From Octopus vulgaris (lineage: Eukaryota): a stretch of DNA of 64,000 nt. The stretch lies in assembly GCA_951406725.2 (NCBI GenBank), contig OX597814.1:185938001-186002000 (forward strand). The letters run 5' to 3'. The notes beneath the pieces are model-generated. The model saw nothing but the letters and a program-made list of their open reading frames with translations. It made no database searches and had not been told where the DNA came from. The position numbers and the translations under genes are program-made. Shown one piece after another: positions 1-14,255 of this stretch. How positions within the stretch are numbered: the first letter of the stretch is position 1; the number at the start of each line of letters is the position of its first letter.

Positions 1-842
1 GTAAAGGAAAGTCTGGCAAAACAGAAGACAATATCTCTAACCAAATTATTGCTGCATCAATAGAACTGTTGGGTCAATAAACTGAAATAATTTGGAAAGT
101 CAGTTTGAGCAAAAACAAAAAACAAAAGCCTGATTGTTGAGAAGAATATTAATTCAGTTTTGATATAATTTAGAATATTGTTTCAGCAGGTTTCACAAAT
201 TTATTTGTTAGCTAGAAGCCTAAGATAGACAACTATATCACCATTATAAGCTTTGATGCTTTCGGAGATGATTTTGTATTTTTTTTGTTTGCTTTTTTTT
301 TCTTTTATTCTTTTATTCTTTTACTTGTTTCGGTCATTTGACTGCGGCCATGCTGGAGCACTGTCTTTAGTTGAGCAAATCAACCCCAGGACTTATTCTT
401 TGTAAGGCTAGTACTTATTCTAACAGAAGCAATACAGAACAATAAGAGGGTCCTTTTTGTTCTGCAAAAGTACAAGAAAAGGGCACTAGTATTGGTGGCA
501 TCATAAAATGCATGCAGTACAGGCTATAAAATCATTGAGGTCAACTCTTGGTTGACCAAAGCCCTGTGGATATATTAATTTGTATAACAAGGACATGTGG
601 TTTAAATACTAGCTTCCTTTTATAATTCCCCTCGATCAACCATAGCTGGGTGATATGCACAATGATGAGGGTAAACAGGAGGAAATGAAAGATAAAGTTA
701 ATGAAAGCTAAGAGAGATCTTAACCATAAGCTAAAAGGAAATCATAGCCACAAGATAACTCTTGGTTTTTAAGGAGATCTTGCCACAAACTAGGGAGAAT
801 TAGCAACATTTTTAAAGGGATTTATAATGTAAGCAACACCAA

Positions 843-1231
843 TCTATATATATAAAGCTGGAGTTGTCTGTGTGTGGCAAGTTTGGTAGCCTTCAACTAA
901 CACTATCTCCTTCGAGACCTTGCGGCACAAGTTGACCAAAATTTAAAGTATGATAGAAGAAGGCTTGCTCTTCATTCCATAGAAGAAAAACTTCAAATCG
1001 GACCATGTTAAGACCAAAAATTATTTACATCAAAAAGGTGCTTTTTTTCTATGAAAATCCCTATTTTCACGATTTTTCGACTGCTGTGTCATCATTTTTC
1101 GGTGTATTTCAACCAGAAAAATGTTCACTTAAAGAGTATAACAAGCTACATAATGCAAAATGTTTACTTTTCAAAAATTCCAATTCTAAAGGGTCGAAAC
1201 AAACCTGAGCAATGCCAGGCAATACTGCTAG
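843..1231 (+). mobile_element. Non-autonomous Helitron
   Basis: Starts A|TCTATATATATAAAG. Ends with the subterminal hairpin CCTGAGC-AAT-GCCAGG then CTAG|T. Inserted between A and T with no TSD. Confidence 0.8.
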
Positions 1232-1704
1232 TATTAGATAATGTTCAGTCTTCTTGCATTATACAAAACATGGACTGGATGAAATAGTTAAAGGTATCAG
1301 AAAACTGACAATAAACAGAAGTTACAATCTGCAGAGTAGTGTTGATAGATTAGATATACTATGGAAAGACAGAAGAAGGAAGACATTAAATATAACAGAT
1401 TTAATATATTTGACAATTTTAGAGCAAGAAAAGTATGTTGGGAAAAGGGAAGATTAAGCTTGCATGTACAACCTGGAAGATCAATGGTGAATATAAAGAA
1501 GCAGATAAAGATTGCAACAACAACAACAACAAAGAGAGTGAGAGAGGATGAAAACTGGAATGTGAATGGGTTGTATATGTAGTTTGGGAGTCAAACAGAA
1601 GATACAAGAGAAGAATAGTGGGATTGGCCGGAAAGTGGAGTACTAAAGAGGAAAATAAAAACTTTCATTATAGCTGTGTATGAACAATCTTTTAGAACAA
1701 ACCT

Positions 1705-2050
1705 TCATCATCATCATCATCGTTTAATGTCCGTTTTCCATGCTAGCATGGGTTAGACGGTTTGACCGGGGTCTGGGAAGCCAGGAGGCTGCACCAGGCA
1801 CTAGTCTGATCTGGCAGTGTTTCTACAGCTGGATGCCCTTCCTGACGCCAACCACTCCGTGAGTGTAGTGGGTGCTTTTTACGTGTCACCGGCACAGGGG
1901 CCAGAAGAGGCTGGCAAACGGGCAATGATTGGTGAGTGCTTTTACGTGTCACCGACACAAATGCCAGTCAGGCGGTGCTGGCATCTGCCATGTTCGGACA
2001 GTGCTTTTAACGTGTCACTGGCACAGGTATCTTAACTACAATTTCCATTT
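1705..2050 (-). mobile_element. RTE-tailed SINE-like repeat (family C); further copies about 11735-12040, 18578-18780, 23600-23798, 52161-52605 (-) and 27435-27585, 44880-45155 (+)
   Basis: Recurrent (CAT)n-CGTTTAAYGTCCGYTTTCCATGCTAGCATGGGTTGGACG...CTGGATGCCCTTCCTAACGCCAACCACTCCG. The same tail ends the RTE relic at 36131. Confidence 0.8.
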
Positions 2051-2736
2051 GATTTTCATTTTAATGTTGGTGTTAATGTACTTGTGGACAGAGGCCAACA
2101 AAATAGCAAATGTTGGATGAGTAGCTATTTTGATACAGCATATGGATGTAATGAGATGTCACATAAAGGAGAGAAATGAAAACACTTGAGAATAGAGGGA
2201 ATATACACTCTGGAAAGTTGGGAGATGGATGAAAATGGTATGGCGATCAACCACAATCTGTTACACAAAATAATTGATAGTAGCTAGATTTTGTGATATT
2301 TTCCCCATAAATTGGTGACCATGTAATTGACATATATGATCATCATCACTTCATCATCATCATTTTACATCTGTTTTCCATGTTGACATGGGTTGGTTGA
2401 GTCATCATAGCCCAAGTCAGTTTTGAAGTTATTTTCCTCCTAGACTTGATTAGGAGACCATTTTCACCTGTACATTTTCTTCCAGCTTGGTTTCCACAAA
2501 TGATTGCTCTTCCTAGAAGCAACTATTTTATACCATGTATTGGGTGCATTTTATTATGGCACCAGTACTAGAGAGGTTGTCATATCCTTGACAAACTTAA
2601 AGGGTCTTAACCCTACAGTTCCTCCGCTCATTTGCCATCCCCTTTACAGAATGTATTGGATATGTTTTATCATGGCAGTAACTCTAGTGAGGTTGCCTGG
2701 TAATCTACCAAATGAAAGGAATCCTCAATGCTCTAC

Positions 2737-2814
<78 letters not shown>

Positions 2815-2816
2815 CT

Positions 2817-2890
2817 GGCAACAGCAATTGTAAATTAAAATCATTTTATTATATTTACAAAAGATTGCCGAAACTATGCATAGTCCAGGA
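2817..2890 (+). ncRNA. 5'-truncated hammerhead-like motif (stem II + GAAA + stem III + GUC)
   Basis: GGCAA...TTGCC long stem, then GAAAC-TATGCATA-GTC (palindromic stem III). The CUGAnGA half is replaced by the (TA)n tract. Confidence 0.5.
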
Positions 2891-3350
2891 AAGATTGGGT
2901 AAACGTTTTTATTTCTCTTTCCCTTTCAGAATTACAACTATTAGTGGTTTGGAGTTTAACTGCTCTTTCTAGTGAGTCAGATGTCCTATTATGGTCATCT
3001 CTTATGTGTTTAAATAGTTCTCCTAACGCCAAATCTGTTCATCAAATAGTAGTAATTGGCATTTAGTTGTGACAATGTTGTTTTCTACATAAATTCCTTA
3101 TATGGAATTCTGACATCCCCATTACCCCATTTCTATAATTAGAAAATCTTTATTGTCTCCTTTCATTAGTTCTTCCCTCTCAGAACTTTACAGTAGTCTG
3201 GAACAACTGAATCTTAGTCAGTCAGTTGATGGGCTCCACTACCTCAAATGTTCTTAAAATTTAAATCCACATCTTTGTCTATATATCTACCTTCTCTATA
3301 ATGTTGCCACTTGATATGAAAATTTTTGTATTAATGGAAAACTTCTATAA

Positions 3351-3436
3351 TTGGCTGATGAGTGCTCAGCATTTTAAAACTGCTGTAATACTTACAACAT
3401 TTAGTAAAATGATGTAGTACGAAACGATCATACCAA
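3351..3436 (+). ncRNA. Type I minimal hammerhead ribozyme-like motif (PLE type)
   Basis: TTGG-CTGATGA-GTGCT...AGTAC-GAAAC-GATC-ATA-CCAA: stem I, core, stem II and palindromic GATC loop are present. ATA could be CpG-decayed GTA. Confidence 0.75.
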
Positions 3437-3484
3437 ATTACCGGAGTCATTCTTGTTGCTTATTTTGATATATATATATATATA

Positions 3485-3858
3485 CACTACCGTCAGAAAT
3501 TAATTAGCACCCTTGATTTGCTCTTCACTCAAGGTATGTGCTGTCACCTAGTGGCCATATCTCAAATTATTGCTTTGTTGCGAGTTCACTGTTGCGCAGA
3601 ACGATGACGTAACTTTGTTTGCAGAGCAGTTTGAGAGTCTACAGCCTTATGATGTTGACATAGCAGTGCAACAAATTGGAGTGCGGATGCAGACAAATCT
3701 TCCTTTGTTTAATAGATATAGGTAGCGCCTCGCAAGGACCGAAATCACACCATACTAAGTTTTCTCATCGCGTAAGACGTTTTGAACAGCTCATAGGTTA
3801 ATTGATTTAACCTATTTAATGTAGAAATTTGAGAAGTGCTAATTAATTTCTGACGCAA

Positions 3859-3861
<3 letters not shown>
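3485..3861. mobile_element. Tc1/mariner-type MITE inserted in (TA)n
   Basis: About 26-bp TIRs CACTACCGTCAGAAATTAATTAGCAC / GTGCTAATTAATTTCTGACGCAAGTG, flanked by TA on both sides. Confidence 0.8.
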
Positions 3862-3896
<35 letters not shown>

Positions 3897-4641
3897 TCCT
3901 TCAAGGTAGTGTAACAAACATCAAATAGGAGAGCGGGTGAGGGTACATACGAGAGAATGCAAAAACTTGACCCAGATGGGATTTGGTGTGGAACAGTGCC
4001 AGAACAAATACTACAAGGCATTTAATCCAACTCTCTAATGACTGCCAATTTGATGCTGTAGTAGAAAAATGAATCAAAATACGCAAAATCATAGATTTTG
4101 AAATGCTGTACAATCAAAGAAGTAAAACAACTGATGGAAAAGGAATTAGACTCATTGACTTGCCTTTGAACTGTGAAAATTCTAGGACTGCAAATAAAAA
4201 TGGTAAATAAAAACTATAAGAGCTATGGGAACAATGCCAAAATGTCTGTTCATTAAAATAAGAGGCAATGGAATTAAAATTCAGATGAGTTGCACAACAA
4301 TGTCATTCTGAATTCTGAAAAAAAATCTTAACATAGTATTTGAGATTTGAGAAAAAAAAAAACATCAGCTAAATTTCAAGATATAACTGACCTGATCAAC
4401 ATTGCAGACAGCAATGATAATAATAATGGTTTCAAATTTTGCCACAGGGACAGCAGTTTTCAAGGAGAAGAATCAATTACATCGAAACCCCCACCCCCAT
4501 CCCACAGTAATCAACTGGTACTTATTTTATTGACCCCAAAAAGGTGAAGGGTAAAGTTGGAATTTGAACTCAGAATGTAGTGATGGGTGAAATACCGCTA
4601 AGCATTTTGCCTGGTGTGCTAACAATTCTGCCAACGCGTCA

Positions 4642-4676
4642 AAATAATAATAATAATAATGATGATGATGATGATT

Positions 4677-4716
<40 letters not shown>

Positions 4717-4757
4717 CGACGACGATGACGATGATGATGATGATGATGACGACAACG

Positions 4758-4821
<64 letters not shown>

Positions 4822-5096
4822 TAACAAAAATGGTTTTAAATTTTACCACAAGAGCAGCAATTTTGGGAGAGGCAATGAGTTGATTACATCGACCCCAGTG
4901 TTCAACTGGTACTTATTTTATTGACCCTGAAAGGAGGAAAGGTAAAATCAACCTTGACAGAATTCAAACTCAGAACAGTGTGCTAACGATTCTGCCAGCT
5001 CACAACAATAATGATAATAATAGTAATAACAATAATAATAACAACAATAATAATAAAAATAAAAATAATAATAACAATAATAATAATAAAAATTAA

Positions 5097-5134
<38 letters not shown>

Positions 5135-5185
5135 AAATAATAATAATAATATTAGCAGTAATAATAACAATAATCATAACAATAA
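4642..5185. repeat. (GAT)n/(AAT)n microsatellites interleaved with family B SINE fragments
   Basis: Direct reading of trinucleotide runs. Confidence 0.9.
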
Positions 5186-5998
5186 ATTAAATCAACCCCA
5201 GGACCTAATTAGTATTTTCATCAACCCCCTAAATGATGAAGAGGCAAATTTGTCTCCAGTAAGATTGAACTCAAAATCTACTGACCCTGTAACACATTTT
5301 TCGTTCTTCAGAACCAACAAGAGAACCTTTAGAAATAGCAGCTTAAAACCATACCTTATACTTCAATAAACTTAATGAAAGAGCACATAAGAATAATGTA
5401 GCCCTACGAGCCACTAAAAAGACAGGATGGTCGTTGATGGAAATCCTTTAATCATGGGTCTGCTTGCTAATCTACCCAAGAAACAAGAAAGTCAAATAAC
5501 AACCCAGAATCCAAATGTCTTTCTCTCTCTCTCACCCTCCCTCTCTCTCTCACCCTCTCCCTCTCTTTCTCTCCCTCTTTCTCTCTCCCTGTCTCTTTCC
5601 CATCACCCCTTGATAACTAGTGCCAGTGTGCTTATGTCCCTATGACTTAGTGGTTCAGCAAAAGAGACAAATAGTATAAGTGCCAGGTTCAAGTCATTCA
5701 AATAAAGTCTTCAAGGTAGTGCTCCAGCGTGGCCACAGTCTAATGACTGAAGAAAGAGAGAGAAAGAGAAAGAGAGAGAGAAAGAGAGAAGGAAAGAAAG
5801 AGAGAGAGCAGGAAAGAGAAACACACAAACATACATACATACGCACACACACACATACATACATACATACATACATACATACATACATACATACATACAT
5901 ACAAACATACGTACATACATGCATGCATGCATGCATGCATACATACATACATACATACATACACACAACATACATACATACATACATACATACATACA

Positions 5999-6033
<35 letters not shown>

Positions 6034-6579
6034 CCCTTTGTAGGGCTTATACATCTAATGTGTGTCAGATATAAGTGGCAGATAGAGAAAATTCTAAATA
6101 AAGACAGAACTTCACTGCAAAGGATCCTGCCTGATAGCCAATGAGCAGTCACAAACCAATAATGGCAGCATTCACTAGGGTACAGTGACCCAACAGATAG
6201 CACTGTTGCATCTATAAAAAGATGTAGAAACTCTATGATAATGCTGTGACAAGGTGAATGCAGATTGTCTTCAAAGAAACCTTGCTTCCATCCAGGTTAG
6301 ATAGAGGCAGCTCTTTCCGTCCAGCTGTCATGTTTTGATGTTTCACTTGATCAAAGGTGCAAGAGTTAAGAGGTTGTTTGTGCTTTCTTGGGAATATTTG
6401 GACGCTTAAAACAGGAGCAAAAGCATGATGCATAAAAAGAAATATCTTTTCAGCCACCGAGCCATGCTCCTTTGCAAAGTATATACAGTGTAAATACAGA
6501 GAACAATTACTGTAAAAGACAACACAAGGTTTGACAGATATGGTATTAGCTTAATGCTTTAATGGAATGAGAAAAGTGC

Positions 6580-6613
6580 CTTAATGTTTTGAACGTTAGT
6601 CCTTCATCAGAAG
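6580..6613 (-). ncRNA. Decayed minimal hammerhead-like motif
   Basis: Minus strand CTT-CTGATGA-AGGAC-TAAC-GTTC-AAAAC-ATT-AAG. Two CpG>CpA reversions give C-GAAAC-GTT-AAG. Confidence 0.5.
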
Positions 6614-7185
6614 AAAGAGAGAAGCAAAGAGGGTGTAAGAAAAAGGAAAAGTTAGTCAAAGAGGGAGAGAGAGAGAAAGAAGAAAATGGTATGTATTAGT
6701 GACAGAAGCAGTATTAATATAGAGAAGTAATATTTATCCCCACTTAAACATGGATGTTCTATTAGAACAAGCTATACTGTTGTAGATACAATGAGAGAAA
6801 TTCTTATATTGGCTTTTGATGCAAAATACACTCTTGTTTATATTGCCAGTAGGGAGATAAATTCCCACCATCTCCAGTGCTGAGACCACCAGATCATGTG
6901 ATTTCAACCTTCCTTGCTCTTGTCAATGATGGACACTCAACCACTAGAGATAGCAGCTACTCATCTCCCTGTCAGGAATATTTATAGAACAACAGTGTCA
7001 GAACAGGTGCTGGTGTCACGATTAGCCAGTGAGCTTGTTCAAAAGTATGTATTAGCAACAGAGGTAAACTATACTTCAGTATATACCATGAGAGAAACTC
7101 GTGTCTGGAAGTTGGTACAAGAGGGGAGTGATGCACATTTGTGGGTTTTTTTGAGAGGTGTAGGTTAGTGGGAATGTGACACATT

Positions 7186-7590
7186 CATCATCATCATCAT
7201 TGTTCGACCGAGGTCGAGACAATGGAATTTACCATGCTATGCCAGACCTCACGGTCCATCATAGTATTACGGAGGTCCTGTGGCTGGATGCCTGTACCCC
7301 TGGAGATTACATCAGGGTAGGAGAGTGTGCGCCCTCTGGTATTGCAAGCAGATGGCCTCCAGAGGAGAAGAGTAGAAATTGCCTCGTTTTCAACTCTACA
7401 ACAATGTCCAGCAAACTGCATTTTGGTTGAATGACGCTTCCACGAGAGATTTTGAGCCCTCATAAGGAGGCGAGTGTAGGTTCCATCTAACCGCCTCTCA
7501 AGCTTCTTTGATAACGTCCAGGTTTCTGAGCCATATAGTAGTACTGGCTCGACTGTGGCCCTGAAGATTTCAAGTTTGAAGTCTCTACCC
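7186..7590 (-). mobile_element. RTE-clade LINE 3' fragment
   Basis: ORF 7197-7682(-) contains KLEIFRATVEPVLLYGSETWTL...FAGHCCR, followed by a (TGA)n tail. Confidence 0.85.
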
Positions 7591-7811
7591 AGATTGGCAC
7601 ATTGGGTGGGGATGTAATCATTAAGTGAGAGGGAAGAGCAGGCACGAGAGTTAAGCGGGGTTTGCATTGTATTCTGCCTCACTGTGTGATACCTTGGGTA
7701 AATCTATTCTTCTATAGCTTCAGGTCAATTGTAGCCATGTGAGTGAGTTTTATAGCTGGAAAATCTGCCTCAGTGAATCTTGTCTGCCCCATGCAAGCAT
7801 GGAAAATGATG

Positions 7812-7907
<96 letters not shown>

Positions 7908-8290
7908 CACACACAAAGGGAAGAGAACTCAATACATATAGTTGAGTTTATTTATTTGTTCAAGGCTAATAATGAATCATTCTGAGCAGCAATGAAATGA
8001 ATCATCAACTCTAAATATGTATGTACGTATATATATTTGTATGTATGTATGTATGTATGTATGTATGTATGTATGTACGTACATATGTATGTGTGCATGT
8101 GTACTTACTTACATGCATACAGTGAGAGAGAAAGAGAAGTGAGAGAAATGCAAAGAAAAAATCTAGAGTCTAAAGAAACTAGCAATGGCTTGCATCATCA
8201 AAAAGCAGTAAATAAAATTTGTAAAACAGAGAAGTTTGTGTACCATGAGGGTAAGTTCTGACATTTTAGGCAGGGCCCTTCTTGTGTAAT

Positions 8291-8371
<81 letters not shown>

Positions 8372-8689
8372 TTTATAGCAGAGACGACATTTAAAATTAT
8401 ATGTATTCACACTCATGCACACGCACACATAGAAGTATATATAAACATACATTCACATACACACATGCACATACACGCACACACATAAACACTCACATAT
8501 AGCACACTCATAAATGCATATATTTATACTCTTTACTTACAAGTATATCCATAAACACGGAGAAATGTACGCAGAACCTTTTTTTAGTATTTCGTGATTT
8601 ACAGTCTCAAATATCTTAGAATAGTGACTATGCGAATAAAAATTGCTGGCACCATTGCAATACTAAATCATTAAGTGTTTGTATATGCA

Positions 8690-8739
<50 letters not shown>

Positions 8740-8943
8740 TGTGTGTGTATGTGTAAATATGTGCATGTACACACATACTTGGTGTGAATATGCATGGGTG
8801 TGCATATGTGTGTGTGTGCGTCTGTCTGTGAAAGAAGGGGTAAACTAGAGACATTGAGAAAGCAAGTGAGTGTGATAGATAGTGTAAGAATGATAAAGTG
8901 TGAGGAGGGAGGGGAGGAGGGGGAGCGAATGAGGAGGAGGAGA

Positions 8944-8977
<34 letters not shown>

Positions 8978-9789
8978 CGACGACGATGATGATGATGATG
9001 ATGATGAGGAGGAGGAGGAGGAGGAGGAGGAGGAGGAGGAGGAGGAGGAGTGGAAAAAGAGTTAGTGAGAGAATGAGATGGGTCGGGGAATGAGAGAGAG
9101 AGAAGAAAAAGCCTGTATAAGTTACATTGAAAGGTAGTTATTAATGAAACCCATTACAACTGAACGAAATTTCCTCTTAGTGGTGGATACCTGTGCACGA
9201 AGAAATTGCCTTTATAATTGACTACTGCTCCTTTATTAGACCTTATACAGCCTAGAATCAGAACCAGATCCTGGGTTCAATGATATGGTTAACTAAAATT
9301 GTGTTTCTGAATTTGGAGAAGAGAAACCTGGTTTGCAGTTTAAGTATTTGGGTGGAAACTCTGCTTTTTTCCAAGCCCACACATGAAAGTGAATTCAAAC
9401 AATAATCTAATAGAAGACTCATTCGTTGTACTACTGAAATGGTGAGCTGTAGGCAAGCTCAGGTACCTACTTGTTGTTATCTTCATTGTTTAGCCCAAGG
9501 CAGTCCCAACTGAAGTGACATGTGATCAAAGGAAATCGAGCCATGACCATCCCAAAGAAGAAAATACCTAAGACTACATTAGTACATATATCTATACTTC
9601 ATCATCATCATCATCATTTAACATCCACTCTCCATGCTGGTATGATTTTGATAGTTTGACATGGATGGATCGGCAAGCAGAGAGCTGTCCAGGCATGGTT
9701 CTAAGGCTGGATGCCCTTCCTAATGCTAACCCCTTAACAGAGTGTGCTGGGTGCCTTTTTTTTTGCACTGCATCAGACTATATTATACC

Positions 9790-10015
9790 ATATGTTTTTG
9801 CTTTTTAAATGGTAAAGTGTAAGCAGGACCAGGTTTATGTATGGGCCAATATGGGCCATGGCCCAGTGGGCCGCAAGCATGATGAAGAAGATGATGATGA
9901 CGATATGTTTTTGCTTTTTAAATGGTAAAGTGTAAGCAGGACCAGGTTTATGTACGGGCCAATATGGGCCATGGCCCAGTGGACCACAAGCATGATGAAG
10001 AAGATGACGATGACG
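9790..10015. repeat. Tandem duplication of a ~113-bp unit
   Basis: ATATGTTTTTGCTTTTTAAATGG...GATGAYGATGACG occurs at 9790 and again at 9903 with few mismatches. Confidence 0.9.
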
Positions 10016-10692
10016 GTGATGATTAATGGTTAAGATTTTAAATACAAATTATATATGATGTCTACAGGCAACATTTATTTTTCTGAGCTGAATATGTGCT
10101 GATAAACATTTTATATAATTCATATTTAATATCTTAAACCATAAATGAACAAGTTGTAATTACATATATATGGGTGTATGGTAGAGAATTTTATTTAAAT
10201 ATACATGTGTTTGTGTGTGTGTGCGCACGTGCACTTTAATTTGTATATTTTCAGGCTGACTGGTAGCATGTGAACCAAGGATGGTTTGAAGAAAGATTGA
10301 GCAGAAAAAGAGATTAAAATCCTATATCACAAAATAGCCTTCACAGAGATTTGGCATTATGATAATAGTTAAACGGTGGCAATCTGATTAATGCTAAATA
10401 CTGAAATAAGCAAATTCTTACAAGAGATGAAAAAAATATATAAAACCTAACCAAGTGAAACTGGGTAAGATTTTATCTTCAGATTTGATGTTAAAAATTT
10501 ACTGCTAGTTATGTTAAGTCAGCATTAGAAAAATACTTAACACTATACTTTGGTATTTACCACAAACCTCTTAAAATGATATAAAATTTTAGGTAAAAAT
10601 ATTTTATAGTATTTTGTTTTCTAACATTTTTTTTTGTAGATTTTTAGTCCAAGAAACTACCATGTGTATCCTGGTTTCAGAATGTTGTAAGA

Positions 10693-11025
10693 GATGGCTC
10701 AGTGGTTAGAGTGTCAGACTCACAATCATGAGGTAGTGAATTCTATTCCTGGACTGAGCTGTGTGTTGTGTTCTTGAGCAAGACACTTTATTTTCATGTT
10801 GCTCCAGTACACTCAGCTGTAAAAATGAGCTGCGACGTCACTGGTGCCAAGCTTTAGCAGCCTTTGCCTTTCCTTTGTATAACATCGGTGGTGTGGAGAG
10901 GGGATGCTGGTATGCATGGGTGAATGCTGGTCTTCTATAAACAACCTTGCCTGGACTTGTGCCTCAGAGGGGAACTTTCTAGGTGCATGGTCATTCATGA
11001 TCAAAGAGGGTCTTTACTCTTTACT
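10693..11025 (+). mobile_element. tRNA-derived SINE (family D); related copies about 23205-23492, 27255-27735, 50385-50710, 61720-61925 (-)
   Basis: TGGCTCAGTGGTTAGAG A-box, B-box-like segment, TGTGTTCTTGAGCAAGACACTT core and (CTTTA)-like tail. Confidence 0.75.
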
Positions 11026-12045
11026 CTCTTTAAAAGATGAATGAAAGGGTAGGTGAGATCCAGCGTCAAATACTGCCTCAGAATTTCAATCCAACAGATG
11101 TAAAATGGTATTGATAATGATGATGATGATGATAATAACAATGATGATGATAATATTGATGATGACAATGATGATGATCTAGTATACGAAAATGCTCATA
11201 GCCCTTATAGGAGCTCCAAAACTAGTTAGGTCTAAGTGGTCGAAGCTCAGCTTGAATGTCTGAAAGCTAATCCATGTGAGAGAAGCATAGGTTGGGAAAG
11301 AATTCCAGAAAATTCTTTTTGTATTCTAGGCACAAGGTCCGATATTTTGGAGGAGGGGGCCCAGTTGATAAGATCGACCCCAGTACACAACTGGTACTTA
11401 ATTTATTGACCCGAAATGATGAAAGGCAGATTTTAATTCAAAATTTGTGAAAACAAGACATTTGTATTACAGACAGAGGGGGTTCAGCCGGGTTGGTATT
11501 GAAAGGGTTAAGTATCATTAGGAATTGTATAAAAGGTATATTAAAATATTTTTTGTATTATAGCAGTATAACCAATTTATTGCTCATAAATTTTAACAAA
11601 ACAATTTTATATGGAACCCAGTTGAGAATCACTGCTCAAGAGGTCCCCTTGACCTTAATGCCTAAGAAGCTGAATGGGAAGTGATAATCAAAAATGGTGT
11701 GAGTGAGAAGGGTCATATATATATATATATATATCATCATCATCATCATCATCATTGTTTAAGGTCCGCTTTCCATGCTGGCATGGGTTGGACGATTTGA
11801 CTGAGGTCTGGTGAACCAGATGGCTGCACCAGACTCCAATCTAATCTGGCAGAGTTTCTACAGCTGGATGCCCTTCCTAATGCCAACCACTCCGAGAGTG
11901 TAGTAGGTGCTTTTATGTGCCACCGGCATGAGGGCCAGTCAGGCAGTAATGGCAACGGCCACGCTCAAATGGTGCTTTTTATGTGCCACCTGTACTGGAG
12001 CCAGTGCAGCGGCACTGGCAACGACCTCGCTCGAATGTTAAAATA

Positions 12046-12092
<47 letters not shown>

Positions 12093-12496
12093 GAAAAAAG
12101 GTTTGAAAATGCAATTTAAACGATGTTTATTTACTTAACCGGTTTCACTCTTTGGTAAAAGATTGTCAAAAGTTACATTTAAGGAAACATTGAATAATAT
12201 GGGTTCAAAAAGTTTTTTACATAATTGTCACATTGAATATTATGCATTCAAAAAAGTTGTTTACATAATTGTCACATTGGATATTATGGGTTCAAAAAAA
12301 GTTTTTTACATAATTGTCACATTGAATATTATGCATTCAAAAAAGTTTTTACATAATTGTCACATTGGATATTATGAATTCAAAAATGTTTTTTTATACA
12401 TAATTGTCACATTATTTGGGAAAATTTGGCAGAAAAGGATAAAACAAATATATTATTGGGAATTGGTTGCGTTAATTATTGGTTGTCGCAAAAAAA

Positions 12497-12781
12497 AATT
12501 TACTCTACGTCATAAGGTGTGAAGGATGCCACGAAGACTACATAGGGCAAACGAGCCTTACCCTCAGAGACAGAATGACAGTTCACCGACAACAACTGAG
12601 GGACCCCTCCACAAGACAGATACCACTAAGTGGACACTTAGACCTTTGTGCACACAATAAGTCCCCCAAATTCTTAGTCTTCCCACTATACCAATGCTCG
12701 GACAACACCACAGACCAAACACGAATAAATAAGGAAAGTAATCTTATTCAAAAATACAGACCACAACTAAACATACTCTAA
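12497..12781 (+). CDS. C-terminal GIY-YIG endonuclease fragment of a PLE (no true start)
   Basis: NLLYVIRCEGCHEDYIGQTSLTLRDRMTVH...H...E...I....P.LN matches the PLE GIY-YIG pattern with CCHH residues. Confidence 0.88.
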   Translation, partial: NLLYVIRCEGCHEDYIGQTSLTLRDRMTVHRQQLRDPSTRQIPLSGHLDLCAHNKSPKFLVFPLYQCSDNTTDQTRINKESNLIQKYRPQLNIL

Positions 12782-12929
12782 CATACCCCCTGGAAGCACA
12801 TCCAGAGCAAGCACACAGGGACGCGCGCACGCTCACAGCATATCGTGCGGGCGGGCACATGCGCGCATCGGCACGCATAGGACACACTAGCGGGCATTGA
12901 CCGCACACATACGTGGCATGCACACGCAT

Positions 12930-12966
12930 GCATTATATATATGTAGGTGATGTATGTGTGTGAGTG

Positions 12967-12998
<32 letters not shown>

Positions 12999-13171
12999 AC
13001 TGTGTGCGTGTGTGTGTATATGTGTGTGTGCGCGCGTTGTATGTGTGTGTGTGTGTGCACGTGTGTATATATGTGTGTGTGTGTGTGCACTGTGTGCGGG
13101 TGTGTGTGTATGTGTGTGTGTGTGTGTGAGCATTGTGTACGTGTGTATGTATTTACATATGTATCTGTTTT

Positions 13172-13208
<37 letters not shown>

Positions 13209-14000
13209 TGTGTGTGTATATGCATGGTATGTGTGTATATGTTAGTACTTTGTTTGTGTGTATGTGCGGCATGTAGAGATATATTTGAGTGTGTACGCTA
13301 TAGGTTTGTAATTTGTGTGTGTGGGGGGTGGGGAATTTTTTATATATATATATGTGTGTGAAAAAATATATGTATGTGCATGTATGTATGTATGTATGTG
13401 TGTATATATATATATATGTGTATATATATGTGTGTGTGTGTATGTGTGTGTGTGTATATTTATTTGCATGTTTATGTGTGTATAAACATGTACATTATTT
13501 GCATGCGCATTGTGTATATGTATATTGTATGTATGTGTATTGTATATGTACGTGTACAATTAAGTGTATATATTTGTGTGTATGTGTGCACTGTATATAT
13601 GTATATTGTAGGTGTGCTATATGTGCATGAATACATGTATATGCATTGCGTGTATATATATGTATGCATTGTGTGTGTATGTATGTTATGTGTGTGTGTG
13701 TGTATATATATATTATATGTATGCGTATGTGTATGTGTATGCATTGTATGTATGTGTGTTGTGTGTATATGTGGTACATCTATGTATGTGTATGTAAACA
13801 CTATTTATATGTATATGTGTATATATGTATATGCATTGTCTATATATATATATATTATATGTATGTATTACGTATGTATATTGCATGCATATATTGTGTA
13901 TATATATTACTTACATGCTGTATGTGTGTATTGTATGTGTGTATATATATGCTAGGTGTATTTGTGTGATATTTATATTATGTATGTATGTGTGCGTGTG

Positions 14001-14033
<33 letters not shown>

Positions 14034-14255
14034 GTGTGTATGTGTGTTATATATCTGTGTATGTTATATATAGATACATGTTATATTTGTGTGCTGTGTG
14101 TATATGTGATATATGTGGGTGCGTTGTGTGTGGGTGTGTGTGTTCTGTGTGTGTGTGTGTTGTTTGTATGTGGTGTGTGTTTGTATACTATGTGTGTGTG
14201 TGTGTGTGTGTGTTGTTGTGTGTGTGTGTGTTTGTGTGTATATATATGTGTGTGA
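12930..14255. repeat. 1.3-kb degenerate (TG)/(TA) low-complexity tract inside the PLE 3' region
   Basis: Direct reading. Confidence 0.9.

Larger units (their letters stand above)
690..2330 (+). pseudogene. Highly decayed R4/Dong-like (RLE-type) non-LTR retrotransposon relic, interrupted by a Helitron and a SINE
   Basis: Translated patches resemble conserved R4-type motifs: 'GIRKLTINRSYNLQSSVDRLDILWKDRRR' (cf. RKLLT..HPKSDVDRLY.PRKEGGRG). 1620-1700 resembles W.WL..G.LK.E.E..I.AAQEQ.L.TN and 2230-2330 resembles KWY.HQP..V.EN..ILWDF. Many stops and frameshifts; boundaries approximate. Confidence 0.55.

Noticed and set aside
12205-12412. 43-bp repeat array as a CRISPR or independent satellite
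   Set aside because: No unique spacers; it is part of the PLE pLTR and is mirrored at 14610-14740.
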